A stretch of 57,046 nucleotides of DNA, counting the filler, from Sphacelaria rigidula (taxonomy: Eukaryota): the NCBI GenBank assembly GCA_964200075.2. It is 6 parts of 6 records of this genome, joined end to end, with 100 filler letters (N's around TTAATTAATTAA, not from the genome) between each part and the next. Parts side by side here need not be neighbours in the genome. Positions count along the whole stretch, not along the records: positions 19,051 to 28,474 come from CAXNAA020008533.1; positions 28,575 to 37,998 come from CAXNAA020008534.1; 4 more parts are not named here. The stretch is one strand, 5' to 3'. A program made the translations under genes and the position numbers. This document shows, piece after piece, positions 23,201 through 35,544 of this stretch (the stretch's first letter is position 1; each line of letters begins with the position of its first letter). The notes beneath the pieces are model-generated. The model was not told the origin of the DNA and made no database searches. It saw only the letters and a list, made by a program, of their open reading frames with translations.

Positions 23201-25458
23201 TAGGGTTCGGAAACACGTCGCAGTTGTCTCCTGCAGGCGTTTTAGTGCCTGTTCTTCATCACGCTTGCACGGGTGGCACTGGGGTGCCTGTAACCTCAAA
23301 TTTGGACGTTACAGACCTTGTGCAACGTCCGTAACGTCCATATTCGAGGTTGCAGGCACCCCAGTGGCCACCCGTGTGAGTTCAGCCGTGTGGCCCTCGC
23401 TCACGAGGTTGTGAAGGTGTCGGATTACACCCTTCATCACTATAAGGGATTCAATGGTGTCTGTAATGCTTTCCCGGTACAGAGACATCGTGCAGTGCTG
23501 CCTTGTTGCTGCCGATGTGGCGAGGAGCACAACCACGGGTTCTTTGGCGAGTTCGACCGCATACGCCTTCACGTTGGTAACTATCCCCACCGACATAATC
23601 CTCTGTATGAGGTGATCATCTTGCTGAGCCCTCGCCGTCAATCCAAGCACCTGAGCGAGACAAGCCATATTCGTCGTTCCAGAGGTGTCGATTATGTGGT
23701 TACCGGTGTTGGGTGCCCGTGCGCCTTCGTCCTGGGAAGCAAGTAACGGTGGGGCGACATACCACATGACGAGGGGATATCCGGGTGGCTGATATTCATT
23801 TCACCATATTGCATCACAATGCGTGTGCTGTATTTGGTGGGCACTTCATTGGCGTCCTGTACGTTCCCACTCATGGATACGGTAAATTTTGTCTCTCAGC
23901 CGAATACCGATCGAGAGGTAGACGAGACCGGCAACGTCAAACTCGAGCGCATTTGGGAACACGTTGCGCATGTCCGCCACCCCAGCCATGATACGGTAAG
24001 GGTTCGACAGTGAGGTTAGGCTACACTGAAAATGTACGAGTCATGCCACGGCAGGGGTTGAACATTTGTGCCCGGTTCGCTCTCATTTTGAGGAGCCCCC
24101 CTACAGGTAGGAGGTGCGCAGAATGGGTCAGGGTAATTCCCGTTTAATAATACGTTCAAGACATCCCTGGCCCTCCTGAGTGCTAAACGTGGGTGATATC
24201 ATGTTTTGTATGACTTAATTTTTATTGAGGTCGAGGTTTCTTATCAACTCAAACTGCTGCAGAAGTATGTTGTGCATCCCTATCTGTGTAGTGGGCAGGT
24301 TTGCTTCATCTTCGGCCAGAAGGCGTTGCATGATGATCCTGACAATATGGGCATCTGGCTTCAGGGCGCAGGCATACACGAGAGTGGAGAATGCTAAACG
24401 CTTGTACGGCGCAATATGCCCGGGTGCGAGGAGATCACTTTCAATATATTTTGCGACGTCGCTTTGCATTTTCTTCACGGCCCTCTTCTGTGTTGCGGTA
24501 GGGTTAGGGTCCGGCGGAAACATCCTTGCCTTCCATCCATTCCCCAGTACTTCATCCACGTGCGGCGTGGGACGGTCGTGGTGTTGGTCGAGGTACACTT
24601 CTCGAGCGAAGGCTGCTGCTCCTTGTATCGTTGAAAAAAGTCCTGGTTTCTGCACAATCCGCGAGGCGTTCGAAACATGGCGACGGCGTGTCGATTTTCG
24701 ATAAATATACTATTCGATACAAACGGCCGTGTCCGGGCGCATGAATATCGGAATGTGGGCACACGATCGTTTCGTACACCACAGGTGGATCTCGCTACGG
24801 GGGCACCCCCAAATTCGACGCGTTCGGCTACACGATCGCATATATTGTTGCTGTCTCCATCTTGTGATTTCGCAGGGTCTACTATGGGGGCGATGATCGA
24901 CTGTGTCAGACCGATGTCGATGACGAGGGAGGGGGGGTATGAAAGCTTGGGTTGCAGTTGGCTGGGGGGAGGACTCCTTCTAGTAGGACGTCTCGGTTAC
25001 GTCCTTGTTCCGCCCTTTATGTAAGTATTATCTTCGTCGAATGTGTACGTCCATCTTGTGTAGACGTTGAATTGTAACGATGATCCACACGTTTTCGTAT
25101 TTGGCATTGGAGGGGGTGGGGGGGGGGTAAGATATGTCCTGGCGAGGCGGCAGTGAACTGGGAAGGGGGGCTCGACGAAGAACGTGCGGGGTGGGTGTTG
25201 CGGGGAAGCCCGATCGATTTGCAGGGGGGGCTGGGTCTCCTACATGTATGAGCGTGGGTATGGGTCATGCTGATGTTGCAGGGTAGGGTCCCAAAGTTGG
25301 AGCCTAGTATATATGATGAGGGTTTTAAGAGTGATGGTGTGCATTGTCGTTGGTAGGATGAGTTTTGTGGTGTTCGTGTTTGTGACGTAAAGGCGACACG
25401 TTTGTAGGGGAGTACGTTTTCTGGTTCTGGCGCTTCCTTCTTGTAGGGTCCCTGACAT
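20230..25458 (-). pseudogene. Large decayed intronless ORF, putative D5-like primase-helicase (AEP/PriCT-2/D5_N/SF3) of viral or mobile-element origin
   Basis: Consecutive minus-strand ORF pieces join across stops and frameshifts. Motifs in D5 order: PSLVIDIG (~24915), LELLSPKDRESL...AMKSTLGSEAKHWLEQ (~23100-23205), FEDIDRKRLLIGV...PVDLNPTTG...EDDPRINMRSG (~22565-22800), Walker A LLVAHGNQTSGKS (GNQTSGKS at 21984-22007), IWFIGE (~21690), TFPSSCSIFLF/LFLAPN, RIILLR, and SQARTHY...HVSAWLKDNLKRT (~20625-20712). Confidence 0.6.
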
Positions 25459-27116
25459 CTGAGGCTAACCGAGCAGGCCTAGCCTTGTGGAGACCGTCGC
25501 CCCAGAAATGTGGTGTTTGCACGCAGGGGCCTTTTCGCGAACCGGTTTGGAAAAAGGTTGTCAAGTAGTAATGATGCCGTCTCATAAAACGGCCCCTCCG
25601 ACACCCCGAGCAGCCCCAATAACCCTTTCGGCCGAAAAGTGCACCCCTACGGCGGCAGCAACTGGTTAGACCTTTATTGCATGGGTATAGACGCGATATA
25701 GATTCTGGTTTATCGCGCGCCCCACGCCTGAAGTGTTTGGGAGTGATGCAGTGTTAGAGCCAACGCGCTTGAGAGTTCGTCGCTGTACAGCCCAACAGGC
25801 ACTCACCCTCGAGGTAGCCTCAGAGATGTGGGAGTTACGCCCTTTCTCTCTGGCCTCTTAGTGAGTCAAGAAGTCGAACACGGACGCCGGCAATGACGCT
25901 CCAGGTTGAGACAAGGATCTCCGGAGCATCTCCCATCTCTCCGTGGCATCTGTTATTCAAGAATGGTTAGATCGGGTGCAGTTGCTGTTCAGGGGGCTAA
26001 TATTTTTTCATCGGACGTTTCCGTATATCTGTCGCGCAATTTATTGTTCTCTCTGTAGGTACCATCATTGTACAATTTACAAGCGGGTCCAGTAATGGGA
26101 TGACTGCAGTCTACTTGCTCCTACATTATTACTGTAAACAATCGTGTTGGATGCTAATTCAATACATCACGTCTGTTTTACACCTGCCGCAAAATTTCCT
26201 GTGAGGCGTACTTGCGGCGGGTTCGTTCCGGGGGACCAACTGTCATGAGGACCGCTCACAGATTTGTTGGACAATTCATTCAACGGCTGGTGCATGTATC
26301 CCGTGCTGGCGGGAGGATATCGTGGCGATTCTCGAACATAAATGAAACCCGAAAATATATTGGCCCCCGACCTTGGCCGCGCGTTCTACATGGGACGGCA
26401 ACGTTGAATGTTTGCACACTCGTATAAAATTGAGCGATTGCGCGTATTGTTGACACCGTCGGGGGAGGGGTAGTCGCATGGCCTGTTCGAAGCTAAATGG
26501 CCGCCCAAAGCTTTTCATAGTAAAATCCAACTTTGGCACCCTTTCGTAGTCTAGAAGCGTAAGTGTGGTATAAATGACAATGTAGAATGAGCATTTTAAA
26601 ATGGAAGGTATGTAATTTTCGTTTCAATGTTCTCATCATCTCATCAATTCCCACATAGCGTCACATCCTCTGGATCGAGGTCGCTTTGCTGTGCAGTACA
26701 CGTGGGCAACCATGAAATATTTCGGGATTGGCGGATCCAGCTTTGCATTTTGTTTACACGCGCCTCGCTTGACTACTCTGTTGAGTTCCGGTTGACTGGA
26801 TTGTAACCTCTTTTTGTTTTTTATGCCGCGAACAGAGGCATATGTCATCGCCAGTTATATCTTTGCTGCCTTCAATATACACCCGTGAGGATATTCGTGG
26901 TTCCTTGAATCTTGCGGTGCATGGAATCGGTAGTTCCTGGCTCTTGGTGTCTTTACTTCTTTTTTGCCCATGGACTGACATGCCCCCGCCAAGTTTTCCA
27001 TCTTCCTCCGGTTGTTCCCCGTAAGACCGACGTGTCATTATGTAGGCTACGGGTATGTTCAGTAGGGTATGGTATTCCTTACACAACCTACAGAAAGATC
27101 GGGTGGCGGTATGACA

Positions 27117-27496
27117 CACACGCAGCCATTCGGCTACTCATCACAATACTCTGTTCCGGTCAACGTTTCGAGCCTCCAGAGATATTAGACGCCTCCCGAG
27201 GGTACGCGGCCCTCGGGAGGGGTGGAATCGAACGCCACCATAGGCTTGTTTTGCCTCTGGAAGGCCGCACATCCTCCGGAGGAATTTGGATGATGCGTGG
27301 TCCTCCGGAGCACCATCTTGTTTGTAACTCAGCTGGAAGTCATACCTCAGAAGTCATTGGAGCATCAGATGTGCTCCAGAGGATTCGTTTATGACCAAAA
27401 CTCAGGATGAAATACCCTCCAGAGGGTGTTTTACCCTCGAGAGGATGAAGTCCGCGGTAGAGTATCTTTATGGGGGTAGCCGAATGGCCGCGTGTG
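27117..27496. mobile_element. 380-bp MITE, CACTA/CMC-like
   Basis: TIRs CACACGCAGCCATTCGGCTAC and GTAGCCGAATGGCCGCGTGTG, CA on both flanks (possible 2-bp TSD), and repeated internal palindromic CCTCCNGAGG-type motifs. Confidence 0.7.
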
Positions 27497-28474
27497 CAAT
27501 GTTACAGCAAATACATAACAGTCGGTTATTCGTTTGATGAACAGCTTTTAAATTACAGAAGAACTTCTCTGGTACGGTAGGTGAGACTTACCCAGTACCA
27601 TCCCGGCAACGGGTATTTATTCAAAGCACTAGGGCAAGGTTACCGCTATAGAGTAGGGGCGGGTGCCCAGTCAGAGAATGTCGGGTGTGGACAGGGAGAG
27701 CGTTGCCTGCACGCGCAACTAACCCGTCAAGATTATGTATTATAATATCAAGTGTATTGCGGCGGAGCATCCCAGGCACGCCCCGAGTGGCATATCTAAC
27801 TGTCGCGCTTTTCTGTATTGTTGAAAGTTGGAAGGATAGGATAGATACCTATGAGTGGTGTTCCCGTGTAAAACTTACCCGCTGGGAATTTCTCCTGGAT
27901 TGGTTCCCGTCGTGGTAATATGTGGTGCACTTCGACTGTTGCCGCAAATTGTCGCGGTGCACTACACCCTCATGGACGATTTTTGAAGCTCGATTACTCC
28001 ACAATGGAGAGGGTGCCAGCGCCAAACCACACGTTCGGGAAAACTCTTGACGAGACGGTTTCAACTCCACCCGGTGCAGCCCCGGCATCGTTTCTGGGGA
28101 GGAGTGGATGAGCGTTGTAAATCAGCCTCGGGAAGGTGGTATCCTAGGCAACCTACAATAGTAAGTTAGGGTGGCAGTGTGACGGTGTGCCGCTGGGTCT
28201 TGCACTCTGCAGCCATAAAAAAACAGCCGTATCGTATCGAATATCGATACCCGATACGTATCGAGTTATGTTCAGAATATCGACATATATATCGGTGTCG
28301 CCGGTTGTGGCTCGATATCATAAAAATATCGTCTCGAATTTTTGTCTCGGTCCGATATGCAACCGTCGTTGAGTTCGACTTTCAGCTACGGAGTCATCAT
28401 ACGATAGGGGGGGGGGGGGGGGGGGGGACTCTTTTTTTGCTTTTCTTGTGTGGTTGCCTTATATCTTTTACAAA

Positions 28475-28574
28475 NNNNNNNNNNNNNNNNNNNNNNNNNN
28501 NNNNNNNNNNNNNNNNNNTTAATTAATTAANNNNNNNNNNNNNNNNNNNNNNNNNNNNNNNNNNNNNNNNNNNN
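28475..28574. other. Artificial contig linker
   Basis: N-run-TTAATTAATTAA-N-run, 100 bp. Confidence 0.97.
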
Positions 28575-30282
28575 CTCCAAGGAATAATTACGCTCATCAA
28601 ATAAAAGGGAACCGGGTACCGTAGTTTTTGCGGAACTCGGTAGGGTGGTTAGCCGGGCACTTGAGCAGTTGGGGGGTGCTCGAGTGTGAGGCTTCGAATT
28701 TTGTGCTCTCCGATGAACGGTCGGAGCAGCAGTGTCTATCGTACCAGAAGATATTTCGGCTCCTGATGCGTAAGAAACTGCACTACATGGCTTCCTCTCC
28801 TTTAAAGGGAGGGGATTCGGTTGAATATGATTAGTACGTGATGAATGTAAAACTGGGTGATCAAATCCAGGGTTAAAACGTTGGGTTTGGTCACTGCTCA
28901 ACTGATAGCCATGCAACGGTGCACGGGCTTCGACTGTCTTGGAACCCTTGAAGGCAGTGTCAGCATATCCAGGGAACCCACACCACATGGTTGAATCCGC
29001 GGTGGCCGCCGTTGATTCACGTGTGTGATGTGTGTGGCCTGGCCGAGCGAAAGAAAAGTGTTGACATGAAATTGTTGGGTACTCCTGCGGTGTATCACCG
29101 CTCATTGTTCATTTCTAATTGTGGGATTGTACCAACTAATGAGAAATAAAATACAAGAGTAGAAAAATATATAGACAGGTGACGGGGCTTAGCTCTTGGG
29201 CCAAGCAACGCGTCCTGGGCTACCCCACTGGATGCTAGTTGGAATCTCCGCAACTTGTAGAACGTTCCCAAAAGGTTGTCAAGTTGTGAGGTGAGCATCA
29301 GTGGTGTATGGGTACCGCCCTGGCGGAGTTCAGCCGCGGCACTAGGTCCACTCATGTGTAAACGTCTACCGTTCTGTGAGTGGGCCGGTGCATGTGGTTG
29401 AAAGTGAGCCAGGTCAGGTGGGTCAGGCGGTGAATCAGTTGTCGTCTTGGGGGCGGAGCAGGCGACCGTACGACGCAGTTGTGATTGCCAGACTTGCCAA
29501 CATAGTAAAAAAATGACGCGAACTTTCTAAGTGTCTTCTTGTCAACAGCTCATGTTCTTGCTCCGCAATTTCCAGAGCCTTCGTGAATTTGCGTATCACG
29601 CGTTCGAGTTCATTTTGTTTTGTTGGCTAGTTTTCGGGATGGACATCCGTCTCACGGGGGACCTGCGCGGGCTCTTGTACCCCTGAAAAACCCTCATGTT
29701 GACCCGCCTAGAGGCGGGCAAATTCCAATTCTCTCAACGCGTGTTCAAGCTGTGCTAGATTGCTGTCATCAATCTGGTCCCAGCATTTTTCTCGTTCATT
29801 TACCGAAAAGTTGTACCAACGCGGAGGAATGAGGGCTGGGGAAGTTTGCTTGAGCTGGAAATATGCTTCGTCACGCGTGGGCGGGGATTGTTCTGGCTCG
29901 GGATGGTCATCAACAGCCAGAGTGGGGCTATTACAGGGTTCAGCACCGGTTTGGGTGCGGGGGTCATGGGTAGGAAAGGTTTTCGTAGCATCAGGGCTCA
30001 CTGGGAGAGATGCCATCTGAGAATGAAGAGTGGGAACACCGTCAGCGGTTTGAGTGGCTGGTTGGTGTACAGGGGAGTGGCACCAACGGGTTCAGGGTCA
30101 GCATGTGAAGGATTGTCTTCATCCACACTCACCTCGCTGAAAACACGTCCTGCAACGACGCTATCATCAACATCAAAACGTTCTGGTTTGTTTTTGCCAA
30201 CCGTCTTACTACGCATGATTTGGGTTGGCTGTACGGTTGTTTTTACCGTTGTCTGTAGGGATCGCACCGTTCTTCGTGACAT
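28575..30282 (-). pseudogene. Decayed intronless ORF, possibly a retroelement gag N-terminus, cut by the contig end
   Basis: Frameshifted Pro/Ser/Thr-rich reading from MSRRTVRSLQ..., with a coiled-coil-like stretch (LAQLEHALRELE; ELERVIRKFTKALEIAEQEHELL). No diagnostic domain is seen. Confidence 0.35.
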
Positions 30283-33238
30283 TGTGTTTCGATGAAGTCG
30301 AAGGGCGGTTGATATCAGACATTGCTTGTACACCTGCGCAATTTGCGCCAATCCGGTGACGTAGACATGCAGAGGTTGAAAAGTGAACGTTTCGAAGTGG
30401 AATGGAGCATCGTTGTTGAGGACTGAGGCGGTGTGAATAAAAATAAAAAACAACAGAGTGGCAGGGTACTGTCGAGAGTCGATCGACATGTAATTCCGCG
30501 CACTCCGCACATGCATGAGGTCTACCACCTTGTCAATCAGGTGCAGACAAGAGAGAGAAAAAGAAACAAATATATCGAAGGCACACAACAAACCGTAGGT
30601 GTGTGTGTGTGTGTTGGAATATATTGTAACAGCAAGAGACAAGAAAACCCAGGTTGTCACAAGCAATAGATATACAGTGTCTGTCACCAGCGCAACAGCG
30701 CATTCACAAACCTGCATGCCATGAAGGGATATACGTGTGGGACGCAGCGAACCGCAACGTCAACCGCTCAGTTCTGAGGTTGAGAGAAAAAAAACACAAC
30801 TGTCGGATGCCGTATCGTATTTTTATGGGCAATGTCAGTGCAGCTGGTGATACTCATAGAGCAGCACCGCCTAGTTCACTGAAAATAGACGAGTTCGAGT
30901 CTTGGTGACGTACATCGTACAGGTAGACAGCTAATAAATGTACAAACCTAACCGAAATACAAATGTGTAGTGCAGTGGAGACAACAGCGTAAAAAGCAGC
31001 AGACAACGAAATGCTTTGTGGCACAGTACAGTACACATGATCTTCACGTGTTCCAGCGGGCCTGGTCGACAGTGCAGTACGATACCAATGCGTTCGCATC
31101 ACATGAAAAAAATCCGACACAACGTTATTCCCGCGCCGTGTTCTTATCTACAATGTAATATAGATGACTTCGTTCAGATAGTGTAGCAGTATCAACTTAT
31201 GCTACAGTACGGCACCTCACCGTCCGCAAGATATTCCCCGCTGGGACCATTTGTAGCTGAAAAGGTGCTGTACTGTCGTCAGCACTTCAATTCGGAACAA
31301 TATTTCAACGGGAAAGGTGAGTGGCCTTCTGGACGACAAAGCATGTACTGTAGTGCGTGTTGGTGGGGCGGCAATCAAACTGTAGTGTACACTGGTGCCG
31401 TGTGAAAGTGAACAACTAACATGGGCCTCACACCTCGCCGTGGTCAATCATGCTCGTGTACAAACAACATTCTTATCCTGGTCCATCATGCCGCATCGAT
31501 ATAATTCAGTGCGCATGGTGGCTCCAGGTTCCGTGTTTGGGCAAGAAAAGTCGTATGTACAGCGGGCGGCGATTGAAACAGCCCGCGAACTCTTTACCTG
31601 CAATGAATCAAGGTGCGTTTGGACACGTGTCGGTCGATTTGGTTGATACAGAATCGACGGACTGTGAGCAGGGGCGCTTGCGGGGGCAGGTGGTCGGGAG
31701 GGCGGTGAAAAAGCTACGAACCCTTGAGGGGCGTATCTAAACAAGGAGCGCGTGAGCGGCTCTATTTTCCGAGAACCGCCCGTGGTTGAAAAAGGACACG
31801 GCACTTCAGATGGAGTGTGTATGAAAACGCTATGCGTTCTCTGTGCAGAGTAAAACGTTGCCAGAGAGAGCGCATCCGCCACAGTGGTTTGGCTTCTACT
31901 GTCGATATGACCTGCAGGTTGGGGGAAATATGCTTGTGCAGCAAGAGAGGGCTTGCGTGTGCGTTCATACCTGAAGCGCCTCATGGTTCGGTCGCCACTG
32001 CCTGAAACCAACGCGGGTACCGTGTGGCACATCGAAGACCTGCAGCGAACTCGTGTCGGAATGTATGTCCAACTTCGAGTAAAAGAGGAAACAGCGGTCC
32101 AAGAAGCTGTCTTATTACCTTGGTGTATTGCACCGCTAAACCGTGTACACAAATATCAAGTGAAAATCAAAGACCGAAAATACAGGGCTTGAAAAAATCA
32201 AACCGAGGAAGGGTTGTCGTGGGTTGGAACGCGTACAACAGCAGCCCACGGAGAGAAAAACAGTACAGCTTGAGGCCACAAGCTACCTCTGAAGCCCCAT
32301 GTGTGATGGAATAGGCAATTACCGCAAGCAGTAGTGCCGTATACCCCGAACGCGAGCAAGCCACACCCTTGTGAGGTGTATGCCGCGGTCCTGGATTGAC
32401 TTGTTACACTCAAACTGTATGTTACTCTCCCACAAGGGCACTCGTCAACAGTAGACAGCTGTAGTTGGAAGTACGCATTGAGATCTTTCTGAAAAGGAAA
32501 CACCACTGTGATATCAAGGGATTATATTACTTGTGACTTACTCGTCACAGCTTGCCGGCAGAAGGGGAGACGTCGCGCAGAACAGATGAAAGCTGATGGT
32601 CCTTCTTGTGATTGGATCTACGGTAGGCCTTTCTCTGACAGGTGGAACGCAAGTGCCTGCATGGGCGATGCGGCATACGATTACCCTCAAAACCTCCTAG
32701 CTACGCATGCAATCTTGTCATATAAATACCACTCCACACAACGCACTGTACCTCAAGCCAATCAAAGCTGTAGTAGCAGCAGGTACACGCGGCTAATCGG
32801 GTACAATCCTTTTGCTTTCAACCCGCTGCGGCAATAATACAGGGATCGAATCCTGCCTTAAACAAACACATTCGACTAGAATCCTTCCATACCCGCTGGT
32901 CGTTTCTGGGGACTATCTGCATACCCACAAGGAAACTAGTTTTAATTCAGGCCCTCATTCATTTACCATCACAAAGAAAAGCACACACGGAATTAAAAAT
33001 TGGCTACGTTAATCCTTTCGGAACCCATTGACGATTCTTGTTTTTGTGAATGGGCATCATTCCAGTATTTTTCAAAGTCGAAATGATGCCCATTCACAAA
33101 ACCTAAAATCACAAGTGGGCTCCCAAAGGGTAAAAGCGAATGATCAAAGTCACTCTGAATCAGCGCTCTACTCTCAATCTGGCGGGAACGTTATTGCTTG
33201 CGGGCTGCCAACAACATGCCGACACTACCTCACACCAT

Positions 33239-33387
33239 TGTTCCTAATACAGAGAGGTTTGTCCGCACCCGTCTTGATTTGAGAGTGCATACTCATGTTA
33301 CCAATACAGAGAGGTTAACCCTCAGTCGTCTTGATTTGAAAGTGCATACTCATGTTTCTAATACAGAGATGTGTTGAATTGAGAGTG
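33239..33387 (+). repeat. Tandem repeat, 57-bp period, ~2.6 units
   Basis: TGTTnCnAATACAGAGAGGTT-N10-CGTCTTGATTTGAnAGTGCATACTCA at 33239 and 33296, partial at 33353. Confidence 0.85.
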
Positions 33388-34453
33388 TCGAAGAGTATAT
33401 GGGCATGTACGTGTGACCTACTGACGTTGCCGGTCCACTTCATACTGGATGGGATGTTTGTACACACACACAGCGGCATAGGTCACACACACGCACACAC
33501 GCACATGCGGGTGACCACGAGCGAGCGGCAAAAGCAGTAGCAGTAATGTAGCACAGAGACGGCCACCGCTGAACCCATCGAACGGGAATTGAAGACAGCT
33601 ATTTCCCTACTGTCTGTGGTACTGTTTTGACTCCGCACTGTTGTACAACAGTACTATCTAACATTACGTACCTGTGTCAAGTCTGTTCCATCACCCTACG
33701 GTACCGTGTGTAAACACATCTCACAGGTCCAGCATACATGAGAGAGCCGTGAGTATTCTCGCCAAAGCAATGCAGCACTCTACTAGCTGTGCACTTTACT
33801 GTACTGTCGGTGGTGCTATTCTGACTGCGCACTGTTGCACAACAGTACCGTTGCATCCAACATTATGATATTTCTCTGCTTAAGAAAGCAAGTGGTGATT
33901 CACCCACACCCATCTGCAGGTCAGTCCACTCTTGTTCAAGACGAGCCTTTTCAGCGGTGGGGGATAGACTGTAGTACTAAACAAAATAATTTCATGCTTC
34001 ACTAGGTGAACCAAGGATCGCTAGGTGCTCCGCTATCTGAGGTGCGGTGATCTTTTCCAAGATTATGTCCCAAGCTCGTTGGGCCATATCTACTGCCTCA
34101 CATCCATGCTGTCTCTTTAGTTCTCCCCCCGCCTCGTGAAAAACACGAATACGGACCTGCGAAAAAGGGGAATCGTAACACCTCTCAAGTCCGAAGTATC
34201 CACACAGCTGTGTACGTGGAACACCCGAAACTTTGATTCAAGGTTCTCCCCTGCCTTCAACGACCCGTCCCAAGGGTGAACACTGTTATTCTTATGTACT
34301 CGTACAATGTTCGTGTGGGCTCATTGTCCTACCATGTAGTCATCTTCTTGCCTAGTTTCGGGGGAAACTCGTGAGTTGTTCAGACAATATCTGTTGATTG
34401 CCGTGCTAGTTTGCACAGGGTTGCCCTGTGTGTCTGTATTATCAAATACAAGT

Positions 34454-34460
<7 letters not shown>

Positions 34461-34524
<64 letters not shown>
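34461..34524. repeat. (TC)n microsatellite
   Basis: Perfect TC run of ~64 bp. Confidence 0.97.
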
Positions 34525-34527
<3 letters not shown>

Positions 34528-34706
34528 TTCTGCAATCGCTTCACGTTTGCTATTTCGTCGCGGCCTCGATGTATTCTGCATGCTTTACTTCAATGAGCCG
34601 CAACTTCTCTGCTAACATCTCCCCAGTGTTCATTTCCTTTGTGTTAGCCATTGCGTGAGAGTACTTCAAAGCTCAAATTGCAACTTCCGATGCTGTTCTG
34701 CTCAAA

Positions 34707-34870
34707 TGACTGCACTAAAACGCTCAACGCGTAAGTCCTGCTGCTGCTTGAATGCATCTTCTCAGGTGCTTGACTGCACTTAAGCGCTCAACGCCGAAGT
34801 TCTGCTCCTGTTCCGCTTAAGTGCTTCTCCTTGTTGGCTTGACTGCACTGAAGCGCTCGACGCGTGAATC
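34707..34870 (+). repeat. Minisatellite, 3 units with 64-69 bp period
   Basis: TGACTGCACTnAAnCGCTCrACGC at 34707, 34771 and 34840. Confidence 0.85.
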
Positions 34871-35544
34871 TCTCAAACTTCCCTCTGCTTACTGACTGAA
34901 ATCAGCTTTACTCAAACCTGCCCTACGAAGCTGCCGTACTGCTAGCGTGATGAAAGCACCTCAAAGGAGATGCTCTGGATAGATGGGAATGTGTAAAAAC
35001 TCTTCTTGTATCACCCGCTTATACCCTTGACTGACCCAACATCAAGCCCGTGCAAGCACCACGAGCTGCGTCCAAACACCAAGTATGTAGAAATGCAGAA
35101 ATAAATGCAGGGGTACAACATCTAGTGGGGCAATGCGGGCAGCGTGTAGAGTTGTTGTGTTGTCGTTGTCTTCATATTAAAAACCGTTCCGATATCTGCG
35201 CAGTACTCTGTACTGGGCATCTGATGCGCACGCCGTCCGTGGTCACAGGCTAACTACCCCAAGCTAGGGTAAAAGAAAACCATGAAATAAAATCGGATCC
35301 AGAAACAATCCACACAGACGCGATACAAAAAAATAACAAACAAATGAAATGAAAATACTACAAAAGAAAAAAAGATGAAGCAAAAAAGGATTACTGCTAG
35401 CCCTCTAAGTTCCGATCTCATATGCGACCATTCGAGGTCCTGGAGGCAGGGCCCATTGGTCCACTCAAAACGCGAGGCCAAACAGGAAGGGAGCCGAACT
35501 CGGAAGCCACAATTACCAGCCGAAGCGACAAGAGTCGCAGAATT

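Noticed and set aside
31200-32200. Copia RNase H remnant on the plus strand
   Set aside because: Only faint similarity (VGGAAI; EKSYVQRAA), with no intact diagnostic motif.
34321-34658. ORFs with ER/SL dipeptide runs
   Set aside because: These are translation artefacts of the (TC)n microsatellite.
34707-34870. CRISPR-like repeat-spacer array (also 33239-33387)
   Set aside because: Only 2-3 units, the spacers are related to each other or only 10 nt long, there are no cas genes, and the context is eukaryotic.
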